Source: Sphaerodactylus townsendi (lineage: Eukaryota). Taken from it: DNA of 64,000 nt. The stretch covers positions 27,466,001-27,530,000 of the forward strand of contig NC_059432.1 in the NCBI RefSeq assembly GCF_021028975.2, given 5' to 3'. Each line of letters starts with the position of its first letter. Position 1 is the stretch's first letter. The position numbers were made by a program, and so were the translations under genes. The notes under the pieces are model-generated. The model worked only from the letters and a program-made list of their open reading frames with translations, did not search any database and was not told where the DNA came from. Of this stretch, positions 13,271 to 25,785 are shown piece after piece.

Positions 13271-16200
13271 ATCTGGTTGCTGGCTCGGGGTTGACTCCAT
13301 TGGAATCACTGTGCTCTTTTGTGATCTGCGATTCTGGGGTGCTATCCTGCAACCCCACAGGCCACAACTCTCTGGGGTACCATCGCATCAGTAACGCAAG
13401 GATGGGTGTTTAGATTCTGCAATAGGCTAGACTCTGTCTGAAAGCCTTCTGGGGATGTCTATGCTTAGACTAGCCGGTTCTGTCTAGGCTAAGACAAGAC
13501 TATAAATCAGTTGCTCAGGATGGTTGGGGCCAACAACTTCAGTTATGGGGTTGGATGTAGAGGGGTGCTGGGGGTGAAGACGATACCCTATGCTGGGGTA
13601 ACAAAGTCTCAGTTAAAGCTTGGAATAGCTGACTCTTTTCAGCTCCGAATAAGAAGGCTAGACTATTTTTTCTCTCTTTGCCTGATCTAGTTTCCATATT
13701 TGAGTTTATAGTGGGGTTAGAAAGTAACGTCGTTGTTGTTCCCACCCCCCAACTGTTTCTAATCTGCTGTAATATAATGCACGTGTCCTTGGAAGATCAC
13801 AGAGAAGCGTTTGGAAAGCATTACTTCTGCTGTGTGGGAGGGATCTTGTATGCACGTTAGAGCTCTGAAGCAATTAAAATAGTAACTAGTTAACAACGGG
13901 GAAGTTTCCTTTTATACATTGATCCTGCCGAGAACAGAATTTGGAGTGCGAACCGGGGATGTAGGAAAACTGCACCTGAGAAGGGATGGCATTTTCTTCA
14001 AACAGAAGACGCTCAAAGCTTGGCGCTCTAAAATCCAATTAAGTAATGCATGCGATGTGCTGCTGTTGTGCAATGAGTGCTGCTTTGTGCAACCCAGAAC
14101 TGGAGGTGGCGCTCGTTTCTCCCAATGGGAAAGCGGAAAGAAAATCAATAGGCTCCTTGCTTCATCTCTGCTATCTGATCTCCTTTGAGGCAGGATCAAG
14201 GCTGCCACGATGCCGCTGTATTGCTGGACTTCGGTGAAGGGAATCTGGGTCTTTACCCACAGCCAGACCTTCTCCCATTGATGCTCCCAGTGTGCACACT
14301 CCTGTCTTGAGCAGGCAAAAGGCTGTCTGTGATTCAAGAGGAGCCCTTTCCCACACTTCCTGCATTCTCAAATATTGTTGTCCTCCTAGCTGTACACTTC
14401 CAAGGGAGGTGTGTGGCTGTGCTGCTGGCCTCCTGTTGAGTCTGCTTGCCACCTTCCCTCCCTTCCCCGTTGCTAGGATACTTTGAACTAGCTTATCAAG
14501 TGATCTCTCTACAAGGGCACTGTCTGGAGCCTTTTTGTGCTGATCAGCCGCAGCCCTGTTTGCCCGTCCTGTTTGCCCACTTGCCCATTTTTACACAGCC
14601 AGACTTTTTCTTGCTGCACCAACCAAAGTGGAGCTCTACGAGCAGTGGGCAAGCAGCACGATCCATGGGTCCTGATCGAATTATGCCCGGCGTGCTGCTC
14701 CTTGACAAGTAAGGTGTTGCAGGGGCAGAGCTTAACAGATTTGCTTTCATTTGGATAAGAGAGCCCTAGAGATTTCAGAGTGTGTTTGTAACATCTGCAG
14801 TCCTCCCTCTTGGCCTTCTTTAATCTTCAAGTTAAACCTGTCCGGTTTCAGAAGGCGTCGGGGACAGACAGACTGATACAGGGTTTATTGGATTTCTTGT
14901 AGTTAATTGCCAGGGAGGGAGGAAAAGGCCAGCTTAATTGTGGCTGTTTAATTGCTGCCTGACAGATCCACGTGGATATAAATAAATATAGTCTAGAAAG
15001 GACTGTACAGAGTCCAGAGCCACTTGGGGCATTCTATTCAAATACCATATTGTAGCCTTTTGTTTCCCATTCTCATTCCCTGCCCCCTTTCAAATTTTAT
15101 TTATTTACATTATTTATAGTCTTGCCTTTCTCACTGGGACTCAAGGCAGATTAAATGGGGTGAGTCAATGCCATTGACAGGCGGGATGTTCAGTAAATAA
15201 TGCTATGGGATTCAGGTTGTAGAACCAAACCAGAAACCTAAAACAGAACTGAAGCAAATGATGCAACATTCTGTAGTAGGATCCTAGTTTCAGCGAACTA
15301 TACACAGTAGTATAGACCACAGTCCCTAATAATTTTTCTTGCTAATTTTGTGAATCCTTCAGTACAATGCTGTGTGTAGAAAAGCCAATGCCAGGTGAAT
15401 GCGAGCCTTTCTGACCAACTCAGGCTAGCCGTTCCACAAGGTGGGGCCAAAATGGAAAAGCCACACAATGTCACAAAAGCTGGGCAACCATTCCCCTTCA
15501 AAGAAGCATTTAAATATCCTCAATCATGCTGCCTGTTGTGGGTTCTCTGGGCAGTATGGCTGCGGTCTGGAAGTTTTAGCTCCTAATGTTTTGTCCGCAT
15601 CTATGACTGGCATCTTCAGAGTCAGTTCTGGACAAGATGTGTTTGTTTTCATGGCACAGTGTGGAGCACTCTGTGTAGCTGGGTGTTTGTTTTGTACAGA
15701 AAATGCTGGGCAAGGCTGCCGCATTCCGAGTTGTTGACTATCCCTCCCAGCAGGAAGGAGCAAACTCATTAACCATTAACCAAACAATAAACTGGCTAAT
15801 AGAGAAATGTTTTCCCATTCCCAAAACAGATGCTTGCTAGCTGCAGGCTCCAGATACCACATTAATCTGGATTAAGCTCTAACGTTACCAATGCATCAGA
15901 AACAAGAGTGATCTGTGTGAAGTGAGTTGCACAGCTGAGTTTGTTGCTGGACATTATAACTTTGTGCAAGCGGCAATATAAAGCTAGGTTATAAGAAGTC
16001 CCTGAACTGTTGTGAGATCTTTCCCATCAACTGTTACCTGATATGTGTGGCTGAAGGCTGAAAGGCCCGAAAACTTTTGGCTGCAAAGTATGTGCTGTGC
16101 TCCCCTACTGTGCATCAACCCCTCCGCCCAAATCAGCCATCCGATCTAACTTTCAACTATAATAATTAAAGCCGTGAATGATTGAAAGCAGGCTCCGGGT

Positions 16201-16288
16201 TGATACTGCAAGTGTGCCTTTCATGTCAGAGAAATTAAGCTGAACTCCCAAATCTCCTCAATGCCAGTGGCTCTTTTTTCCTTCCTAG

Positions 16289-16420
16289 GCAGGAAAAGCT
16301 CACAGACTAAGCGCTGAAGAGAGAGACCAGCTGCTGCCAAATCTCAGAGCTGTGGGATGGAACGAGGTGGAAGGCAGAGATGCCATTTACAAAGAGTTCC
16401 ATTTCAAGGACTTCAACCGG
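16289..16420 (+). CDS. PCBD1: PCBD1 exon 2, pterin-4-alpha-carbinolamine dehydratase/DCoH
   Basis: cttcctag|[44 protein letters not shown]|gtaacc; 132 nt. Confidence 0.97.
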
Positions 16421-16676
16421 GTAACCAAATTCTTATTGCATGTCTGTCGATTCTAGAGAAACTTTTAGGCACTTAGTTGCTAGTGCAGGTGTTGAGGCTG
16501 GCTGGGGTGCAAATTAGCAACTGCATGAGGTGGGGGAAGGAGCCTGCCGTGCAGCCCATGGACAGGGAGACGACCAAAGGAAATCACTTTAGTATGTGAC
16601 TCAGACAGAATACTTGGGGGTACAGTTATGGCGTGGCATCACTTCCTTTGGGTGTCCATGCTTATAGTGCTTAGGA

Positions 16677-16862
16677 CAGTAGTTCTCAACCTTCCTAATG
16701 CCACGACCCTTTAATACAGTTCCTCATGTTGTGGTGACCCCCACCCATAAAATTGGTATATATGAAATATAAAAAGGCCATTTTCCAATGATCATAGGCA
16801 ACCCCTGTGAAAGGGTCGTTTGACCCCCAATGGGGTCACGACCCCCAGGTTGAGAACCGCTG
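16677..16862 (-). mobile_element. SPIN-like (Space Invader/URR1-type) hAT MITE in PCBD1 intron 2
   Basis: TIR CAGYRGTTCTCAACCT; ACAACATGAGGAACTGTATTAAAGGG motif; TSD GCTTAGGA. Confidence 0.85.
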
Positions 16863-17319
16863 GCTTAGGATCTTCTGCAACACTGCAAAAGAAATTGGGA
16901 CACTTGTATGCTGTAGCTGTTTTCCATCAGCCTGTAAATACCTTCACCTGATTTCGCCATATAAAAGCATCATAAAGCCAGATCTTCCTGAAATCAGTGG
17001 CAAAGTATTGTTATTTGCATGATCCTATGTATGGCATTTCAGACCTTGGAAGGATTAATATTCCATACTCAGGTCATTTCATGCTGTTCTGTGGTACTAA
17101 TTATATGAATAATCTAAGTTAGTAACATTTCACAACTTGTACACAAATATGGTTGGAGCCCATATTTCACATTTGCAGAGTACATTACCAAGTACATGCC
17201 GTAGGCATCGAGTGGTTTGTGTGGTGTGATCCCCGACTCCACCCTCATGGAAGGGGGACAGAGAAATGTTCCAGGGTCAGCCAAAGGCTGAGTAATTCTC
17301 TAGGAGAAATCCATGGTAA

Positions 17320-17487
<168 letters not shown>

Positions 17488-18074
17488 TGACCGGCCCAGT
17501 TTCAGGGGTAAGACTGTTACATGCACTCACCTCCATTGCAGCAGTATGAAATGCATTCAGCAATCACACCATTGCCAGACCTCAAAAACAAGAAGGGTTT
17601 TGCCTGACACAGGCTGAGCCTCCCAATGCCCCCGGTTTGTCCAACACTCCCACCCACTAGTCGTTTATATACTTAACCCACTGGCAGACAGAATTACATG
17701 GGGATAAAAACAGGAAGGGGAAGGTTTCCTCCCGCTTCTTTTCCAAGGCAAAGCCTGAAGGCACTTTATAAAAGAACAGGGGCTACTGGCTGTTTGAAAC
17801 CTTGGCTGCAGTACAGTAATATGGTGTGTTCCTCTCTTCAAAGAAAAGGAGTTGCTTCCCGTGCTAACAGTGCTTCAATGTCACCTGGAACTCCCTTAGA
17901 ATCAAACTGAGTCAGGCTTCTAGGTCTTTTGATGCCCTAACAGTTTACCTGTTCATGCTGATAGGGAGATGGTGTGCTCTAGAGTGCCTTAACTCTAAGT
18001 CTGCCAGCCTTGCTGCAAACTGGTTAGATTTCAGTGTGAAATGTGGTCTAACTAGATGCTTTTTTGTATTGCAG

Positions 18075-18173
18075 GTCCATATAACCCTAAGCACCCATGA
18101 ATGTGCAGGCTTGTCTGAACGGGACATCAACCTTGCCAGCTATATTGAGCAAGTTGCAGGTTCTTTGTCTTGA
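18075..18173 (+). CDS. PCBD1: PCBD1 exon 4 (terminal, with stop)
   Basis: ttgcag|[32 protein letters not shown]; spliced total 104 aa. Confidence 0.97.
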   Translation, partial: VHITLSTHECAGLSERDINLASYIEQVAGSLS

Positions 18174-18514
18174 AACGTCAAGTACATGAAACTGCCGCCC
18201 ACCCCCACACACATACGCACCTTCTCTTGTGTCTGAACAGCCTCTTGCCAAACATGACCGTCTGAGCGAAAAGATGTTCATCTGCTTATCAGTATTGCTG
18301 TTTCTTTTCAGTCACAGAACTCAACCTTGACTATACCTCCCACAGTTGCCTTGGTCAGGGAATCCATCATGCTGAGCTGTCTTACCCAAGCTCTGACTTT
18401 TTCCTAACCTCTGAAAATCTCTTGCATCAAGTTGCTGTACACAATGTTGTTAATCTGTAGTTCTCCAAGCAGTATTGCATTAGCCCAATCAAAGTACAGT
18501 TGTAGAATTACCTA

Positions 18515-18555
18515 AATAAAACTGCACTGTATATGGTTGAAGTGTTTACAATAAA
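18515..18555 (+). terminator. PCBD1 polyadenylation signals (AATAAA at 18515-18520 and 18550-18555)
   Basis: Two canonical hexamers 340-380 nt after the stop codon; a third lies at 18675-18680. Confidence 0.6.
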
Positions 18556-18741
18556 TTTCTCGCTAACCTTGGTTTTCCTGCTGGAGTAGAGGCGCAATGA
18601 AAACACAAGCCTCTTCACCACTGCTACAGAGACTTGTGTATAACAGCTCATCACTTATTTAAAAAACTTTTAACAATAAATATATCCTCATCCACCCCAC
18701 CCCTTGCTTGCTTTTTAGTTTCAGCTCAATAACTGATACAG

Positions 18742-18927
18742 ATTTAGTTAAGTCTTGTTGAATAGTCTAACGGCTTCGTGTTGATGTGTTTGGGGCTGTG
18801 TAGGGAGGGATGGAGGAAGGGGAAAGTGAGGATGGGGTATGAGTCTGAAATTGTGTGCATCGAGGAATGCTGCTGTAGATTTCGTTGTGCGTGCACAATG
18901 ACAATAAAATGCTTATGCTTATGCTTA
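18742..18927 (+). mobile_element. Rex1/Babar-like LINE 3' end
   Basis: TTTCGTTGTGCGTGCACAATGACAATAAA terminus followed by an (ATGCTT)3 tail. Confidence 0.6.
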
Positions 18928-20772
18928 ATAACTTCTACATGTAAGACCAAAAAACCTTAAAATTAACCTACTTGGGAGTAGAAATATTTTAAAAACCCTG
19001 AAGTCTGCATAGTTACATGAAAGTAAACAAGAATTAAGTACTGCAAAGACGATATCTGTTGTGAAGCTTTCTTTAAATAAAATCTAAACAGAGTTGTGAT
19101 GCTCAATTTGACAAGAAAACTCAATGCAAAGTTTTGCCAAAACATGAAACATTTTCATAGTTTGTTAATCCCACTTAATTTTGGATCAAGTATACAGTGA
19201 CAATATTTCCCTTTCACAAAAGGGAAATAACAGTGACAATGTTTCCCTTTCACAAAAAACAAATGGGAGAAAATACAGAAATTTATATGTGTGCGCCTTT
19301 TGAAACCAGGTTTCAGTTCTTCATTCAAACAATAGTCTTCAAGTTGCTTTGCATTCAGCATATTCAAGACAAATGTTACACTGAACAAACATTTCCCAAT
19401 TTCAGACTAGTGAAGACTAATCAGACCTGTCCCAAATGCATCAAGTTGAAAGTATTTATAATCAACCATGCTTCCTTCAGTTTCTGGTTATCCCTTACTA
19501 GGTTTCCATAAGGTAGTACAATGTAGTGGTATTCAGAAATAGCTAAAATCCTGATTTAAAACTACACTCCACCCTCACTTCAACACTTGGAGGAAAGCTA
19601 AATCTTACTTGGTTTCTTGAAAACCCTGTCATAACAAACTCCTCTGCAATGGGGCTAGAGCTGAAAATGATTATAATGCAACAGGGAAAGCCTGTGAAGA
19701 GCTCTGGCTGGGACAACAATACATGGAGGATGGAGTGTATTATACCTGAGGCTAACCTGCCACTGAAGTTACTTTCAGTGTAGTACCATCAATAAGTTTA
19801 TCAGTCAACAGCTGATCTTTGGCATCCCAGAAGGGCTGCTATCAGCATTAAGGCAAACATGTAAGTCCCCTCTTGAAAACAGACCTAACTGTGAGCACAA
19901 AAAAAGAACAATTCAATAGAGACCACTGCTACATAAAGATGATCATTTTGTACTCAAAAGGACAGGTAGAAAGTTGACTTTTGTGCCATGGCCGTACAAA
20001 AACTCCCAATTACAGAACTGGAGTCAATCCAGGATCTGGGCTTTTCAAAGTACAACGCTGGCTCCCGGGAATCCCAGTTAGATTTCCTAGTATGCCGCCT
20101 GCAGCATCTTAAATTAGTGCAAACCCGTCTGATTATATACCGAGGAATGAAGAATCATTTTGCTTGCAACGTCTCCAAAGATATGCTCAGCTCAACAAGA
20201 GCAGAGGTGGTATTGTAAAAACTCAAAATACAGTAAGGCTATAAGCTAAACAGAGTGTGGGGGGGTGGACAAAGAAGCACAACAAGTGTTAGACCAAATT
20301 TCACACGCTGATCTAAAAAACCGTTCTTCATTCCACCTTCATTCTGGGAAGGAAAGTTTTTCAGAGGTCAAAATGAATAAAACGCAGGAAAGAGTGAACC
20401 ACAGGGTCAATTAAAGTGAATACAGCAGGGAATGAAGAGATTTTGAACAAACACCTGAGTTACGAGGGACTACGCAATGAATTAGCCACGACTTTCTTTC
20501 AGGTCTGTGGCAGTGTGCACTAACTTGAAAAAAATACAGCGTTAGTATTAAATTTCTGTCTATTGTGAAAATTTACAATTAATTCACAACATTCACAACT
20601 AACAACCAAAAAACCCTCTAGTGTGATGTCTGTGGCACTTTCAGACCAAGGGATGTCACTGTGCTGCCATGCGCCCTGCACTTGCAGGAAGAACAGCCAT
20701 TAAAAGACATTCTCTTTCCTCAAAACCTTTAGAATACCGCCCACTAGTTGGAAGGCACAAGTTACTGTGGAA

Positions 20773-20907
20773 TCAGTGGGATCCATTCACGAGCGTGGAA
20801 TCAGCAGAGAGGGGCTCCGTGTTGTACAAGGCATCCAGGAACACATGAGAAATATCTGTGATCATACTTCTGTCTGGGATGGTTTGGGCCATACCATAGA
20901 TAGCACC
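20773..20907 (-). CDS. SGPL1: SGPL1 exon 15 (terminal, with stop), sphingosine-1-phosphate lyase 1
   Basis: ttatag|GAIYGMAQTIPDRSMITDISHVFLDALYNTEPLSADSTLVNGSH*. Confidence 0.96.
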   Translation of the reverse strand, partial: GAIYGMAQTIPDRSMITDISHVFLDALYNTEPLSADSTLVNGSH

Positions 20908-20959
20908 CTATAAATTCAAGCAACAAAAAATAAAGTAAAATTAGATCTAGACTTTCATT

Positions 20960-22140
20960 ATAATTCAAGGAATATCACAAGCCACAAAGGAGCAGAAAAA
21001 GACAAAGCACTGGGCCCAGATAGACTTACAGCAATGGAATTATTTTATTTTATTTTATTAAACTTATAGGCCGCCTATCCCCGAAGGGCTCAAGAGAATT
21101 TAATATAATCTCTGCAATAAGTTGTGAATGAAACAAGCAAATATTAAACTGGATTCGTTGCCACAATCTCATAGACTCATCTCACTGTTAAATATGAACA
21201 ATAAATGTTTTACTTATGGTGAAAAGATTAATAACATAGCACGATTAATCCATGAAGATTTGACAGACTTTGTATATGAAGAATAATGTCTGTTTTTTAG
21301 GTAATGCAATAGGATATGTGGAAAAAAGGAGAAAGAAGCAGTGGTTATTTTTTAGATGCAGAAAAAGCATTTGATAATATACCCTGTCTTTTTTTTTTTT
21401 TACTGAAGATGCTTTGAAATTTAAATTGTGGCACACGATTCATGAACTGAATACAATGTATTTATACAAGACAACATGCAAAGATTTTAATGGCTAGATT
21501 TTCAACTATTAGATTTCAAATTGAAAAAGGAACATGTCATTATCTCCAGTCTTTTATTCACCAACAATGTGGTGCAGTAGTTAAGAGCAGGTGGACTCTA
21601 AACTGGAGAACCGAGTTTGATTCCCCACTCCTACACATGAGTGGTGGACTCTAATCTGATGAACCAGATTTATTTCCCCACTCCTATACATGAAGTCTGC
21701 CGGGTGACCTTGGGCTAGTCACAATTCTCTCAACTCTCTCAGCCCCACCTACCTCACAAGGTATCTGTTGTGGGGAGCGGAAGAAAAGGAGTTTGTAAGC
21801 CGCTTTGAGACTCCTTACAGTTGAGAAAAGCAGGGTATAAATCCAAACTTCTCTTCTTGTTCTAAAAGTACTGGTGACTGAGATCAGTCAAGACTCCAAA
21901 ATTAAAGGACTGAAAGTAACTGGAGAAGAGTCTAAAATAAAAAGCTATGCTGGTACTGACAATTTCAAACACAGCTGTTGATGCAATATATAATGGAAAA
22001 AATGAAAAATTTGCATCCCTCTCAAGATATAAAATTAACAGGAAGATGACTAAAATAATTTTGACATTCTTAATGTGGTAGGCAGAAGATATTAGCAACA
22101 TAACAGCTTGAAGTACGACTTTAAATCCAGTTAAATGTTT
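20960..22140 (+). mobile_element. Decayed L1/Tx1 reverse-transcriptase fragment in SGPL1 intron 14
   Basis: KALGPDRLT (~21007), FLDAEKAFD (~21349), degenerate GT...LSP..F (~21530). Confidence 0.7.
21567..21857 (+). mobile_element. Squam3-type tRNA-derived SINE
   Basis: A/B boxes TGGTGCAGTAG and GAGTTTGATTCC; tail GGTATAAATCCAAAC(TTC)n. Confidence 0.8.
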
Positions 22141-22163
22141 GTGAATAAATCTGAGCACAGTAA

Positions 22164-22445
22164 NNNNNNNNNNNNNNNNNNNNNNNNNNNNNNNNNNNNN
22201 NNNNNNNNNNNNNNNNNNNNNNNNNNNNNNNNNNNNNNNNNNNNNNNNNNNNNNNNNNNNNNNNNNNNNNNNNNNNNNNNNNNNNNNNNNNNNNNNNNNN
22301 NNNNNNNNNNNNNNNNNNNNNNNNNNNNNNNNNNNNNNNNNNNNNNNNNNNNNNNNNNNNNNNNNNNNNNNNNNNNNNNNNNNNNNNNNNNNNNNNNNNN
22401 NNNNNNNNNNNNNNNNNNNNNNNNNNNNNNNNNNNNNNNNNNNNN
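22164..22445. other. Assembly gap that hides the SGPL1 exon 14 donor (other gaps: 9875-10007, 26923-27090)
   Basis: N runs. Confidence 1.
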
Positions 22446-22558
22446 TTGTTTTGGCTTTAGGGTCCTTCATAATCTCAGAGACAGACTCTTGGATGTCGTT
22501 CACGAATTGTTGTGCCACCCCAGGTTTTGTGTGCAATAATGTTAGGGAAATATGGATA
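22446..22558 (-). CDS. SGPL1: SGPL1 exon 14 (3' end lost in N-gap)
   Basis: ccctag|(S)[37 protein letters not shown]; about 8 nt and the donor site fall in the gap. Confidence 0.92.
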
Positions 22559-22866
22559 CTAGGGAAGAGATGGAAACAAGAGAAAACATTAACTTTTTTT
22601 AATAATGAAAGAAAATATTTTTGTTGTGTATACAGCCTTTAGAAAATTGATGGGAAATCTGAACAGTATTTTTTTTCCACCATCCAATACATCAAGAGAA
22701 TATATGGAATTCCCAGATTATATTTGATAGCCACCAAATTCTGGATGCTGCATTACAGAGTCATAATTGGTTTCCTGGTGATCATCTTCCCTACTTTCTT
22801 AAATAAGGTCTATAGAGAGATGACATGCTAACAGCTCTATGAGCACAGAACATTCATAATATAGAA

Positions 22867-23052
22867 CAGTGGTTCTCAACCTGGGGGTCGGGACCCCTTT
22901 GGGGATCGAACGGCCCTTTCACAGGGGTCGCCTAAGACTCTCTGCATCAGTGTTCTCCATCTGTAAAATGGATAAATGTTAGGGTTGAGGGTCACCACAA
23001 CATGAGGAACTGTATTAAAGGGTCGCGGCATTAGGAAGGTTGAGAACCACTG
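22867..23052 (+). mobile_element. SPIN-like hAT MITE in SGPL1 intron 13
   Basis: CAGTGGTTCTCAACCTGGGGGTCGGGACCCC...GGTTGAGAACCACTG; TSD ATATAGAA. Confidence 0.88.
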
Positions 23053-24311
23053 ATATAGAACATGTGTGAACAAGTTGTTTAAAACAGTGGAACAGTTTGT
23101 GCATTAACAATATCATTTCAATTATCTCATTCTACCTTCAACTGCAAGAGCCAATAATCTGATAACAGAGATTCTACAAGGAGATAGGTATAACTAGGGA
23201 TGACTGTAGAAACCTATTTAACGAAGTCCCTCTTTTAAACTGGTCATCAGAGGTAGTTCTGGTAAGCAATCCTGTTAAATTCCGACACAGAGTATCCAAG
23301 CCCAGAAATTAGTTCACACTTTGCAGAAATGATCCAGGTGTCTAGAGAAATGGTGCACTTCTAGACTCGGGGAAGATTTTCTGACACTCAGAGGACTGGA
23401 CAGACCTCCTCCTCTAAGATCTTGAGGCCCTGTATGATGAAAGTTCATGAACTAAATCCAACAGCAGATGGGAGGCAGAATGTACTTCCTGGTCCCCCAT
23501 CCATACCTCTGCATCTGGTTCTGACCACATCAAACTATCATGCGTTTGATTAGAATTTGTTGAAATCTTTCAGTACAGCTTAAAAATAAAGTGGGTAAAA
23601 AGGTGCAACATAACAGAACATTCACAGGAACCAACAATAGTCTTAAAATTGCCCTTGTAATATAAAAACTGACATCCAAATATTTAATGGCTCTAAATCC
23701 GCAGAATTCACATTCAAGCATTTATTGTCTTGCGTGAGCACACCTCTTAGCATACTCCCTGTCACAATTGCGCTTTATCCCTGCCTTTCTGAAAACGAGA
23801 AAAAGGGTAGTACAGCTAAAATGTAAAGGAACACCCGTATTCTAGAGGAAAAGAATTCTGCTCTTTCAACAGTGATCTGAAAGCCTGCCTTTCACAACAC
23901 CAACTACTAACTTCACAGGTGAGTCACCACCTAATAGTATTACCGATTGTGTGAAGTGTGCATGTACCTTCACAGAATGAGATCACCAACAGGGACAGGG
24001 ACAGGGACCTGGAGAGCAAACTTGCTTCCTCAAAAATGTTAGATTCATGGAAGTCTTATACCTTTTCCCCATAAGGCACAAGAGACACCAACAACAACAC
24101 TGAACTTAGATCTAGTAGATATCTTCAAAGTGCCACCAACAGTGTTATAAATAAGGCCTAAAAAGAGATATAAATTAAAGCACAAATTGATCAAATCTTA
24201 TTCATCTCCTTTTTAGACAAAGCTGTGGAGAAACCTTTAAAAACTCATTTTGATTAAAATTTTAATAGTCCTATTGGAGACCAGATAAAGCAGTTTGGAA
24301 AGGATCTAGCC

Positions 24312-24822
24312 CAGTGATGGCGAACCTTTTCGAGGCTGAGTGCCCAAATTGCAACCCAAAGCCCACTTATTTATCGCAAAGTGCCAACACGGCAATTTAG
24401 CCTGAATACTGAGGTTTTAGTTTAGGAAAAACGATTGGCTCCAAGGCGCGCGTTACTCAGGAGTAAGCTTGGCGGTAGTCGGTGGCTTTGCTTTGAAGCA
24501 ACCATGTAACTCTTCCAACGGGTGAATCACGACCCTAGGAGGGCTTACTCAGAAGCAAGACCCATTGCCAGCAACTGAGCTTACTCCCAGGTAAAGGATC
24601 ACGCTTTAGTTCTTCGCATGAAAATCAGTGGGTTTAATAGTGCTTAACAGGGTTACCTACACTGCTTCCCCAAAACTAGGTCTTAGGTTTAATGCTAATA
24701 ATCGAGCCCAGTGGCCCAGGCCAGCCTAGATCTGGGGGGGGGGGGGACTCTGTTTGCGCGTGCCCACAGAGAGGCCTCTGAGTGCCACTTCTGGCACCCG
24801 TGCCATAGGTTCACCACCACTG
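24312..24822 (+). mobile_element. hAT-Charlie (OposCharlie1-like TIR) non-autonomous element
   Basis: TIR CAGTGATGGCGAACC; TSD ATCTAGCC. Confidence 0.85.
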
Positions 24823-25038
24823 ATCTAGCCCATGAGGAACCAGTCATCCATTTCTGCAGTAGAGGATGCTGTCTGAATGCTATTCAAGATTGACTCCTCC
24901 TCCTCTGCAGTAGACATTATATATCACACTACAGCAGTATAAGTGTTGACACAGGGAAATAATTCCTCGACAACTGCTTCTTGTCCCCACCTCCCAATTG
25001 ACGATCATCAACCACACTTAGGATCACTGTAAACTCAC

Positions 25039-25185
25039 CTTGAAGGGAACTGCAGCATAGTTAAAGACCATCCTTTAGATGTTAACATATTTCCCAACCG
25101 AAAGATGTCAAATGCGTCAGACCCCAAAGCAAGCACGGATACCTCAGGTTTTCCAAAGATGAAGATGTGGTCAATTTTCTTCAAC
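25039..25185 (-). CDS. SGPL1: SGPL1 exon 13
   Basis: atgaag|LKKIDHIFIFGKPEVSVLALGSDAFDIFRLGNMLTSKGWSLTMLQFPS|gtgagt; 147 nt. Confidence 0.95.
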
Positions 25186-25640
25186 CTTCATAGAAATTTT
25201 AAATGGTATAGTTCATATTATTATTTTATACCGGAAAAAGCAAGCAAGAGGCACGCACGAGCTTTCTTTCTCTCCCCATCTCTCTCTCTCACTCTCACAC
25301 CCACACTCAGTTTGGGTAACAATAATCTTTAGAAGCCAGTACAGACCATGCATTGCAGTATATTTTATTCACATTACTGTGTTCTTTCTATTTTTGATCA
25401 AGGAGCACCTTCAATCCTCCCTTAAAAGGGCGCAGAGTGAAGGAAGAGGGTGACTGTGGCTTCCAAGGGCAGCCAAGTCAGTAATCTCTGCAGTTCACCG
25501 TTCTTGCCTACATCTCAAGGCTCTAAATGTTGGCTCATTAGGGTGCTCCAGGATGAAGTCTTGTAGACCAAAATGCCTCCATGTTTATCAAAGGAAGAAC
25601 CAATACATTTGTACTGACTACAGAGGCGTACAACCTATAG

Positions 25641-25785
25641 CCGTGGTGGCGAACCTTTGGCACTCCAGATGTTATGGACTACAATTCCCATCAGCCCCTG
25701 CCAGCATGGCCAATTGCCATGCTGGCAGGGGCTGATGGGAATTGTAGTCCATAACATCTGGAGTGCCAAAGGTTCGCCACCACTG
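25641..25785. mobile_element. Palindromic hAT MITE (near-perfect)
   Basis: ~68-bp arms; TSD ACCTATAG. Confidence 0.9.

Noticed and set aside
13912-14758. Cluster of ORFs in PCBD1 intron 1 as a nested gene
   Set aside because: No recognisable protein, no consistent splice structure, ORFs on both strands
21862-22445. Long ORFs spanning N-gaps
   Set aside because: Length is an artefact of N translation; only the SGPL1 exon 14 part is real
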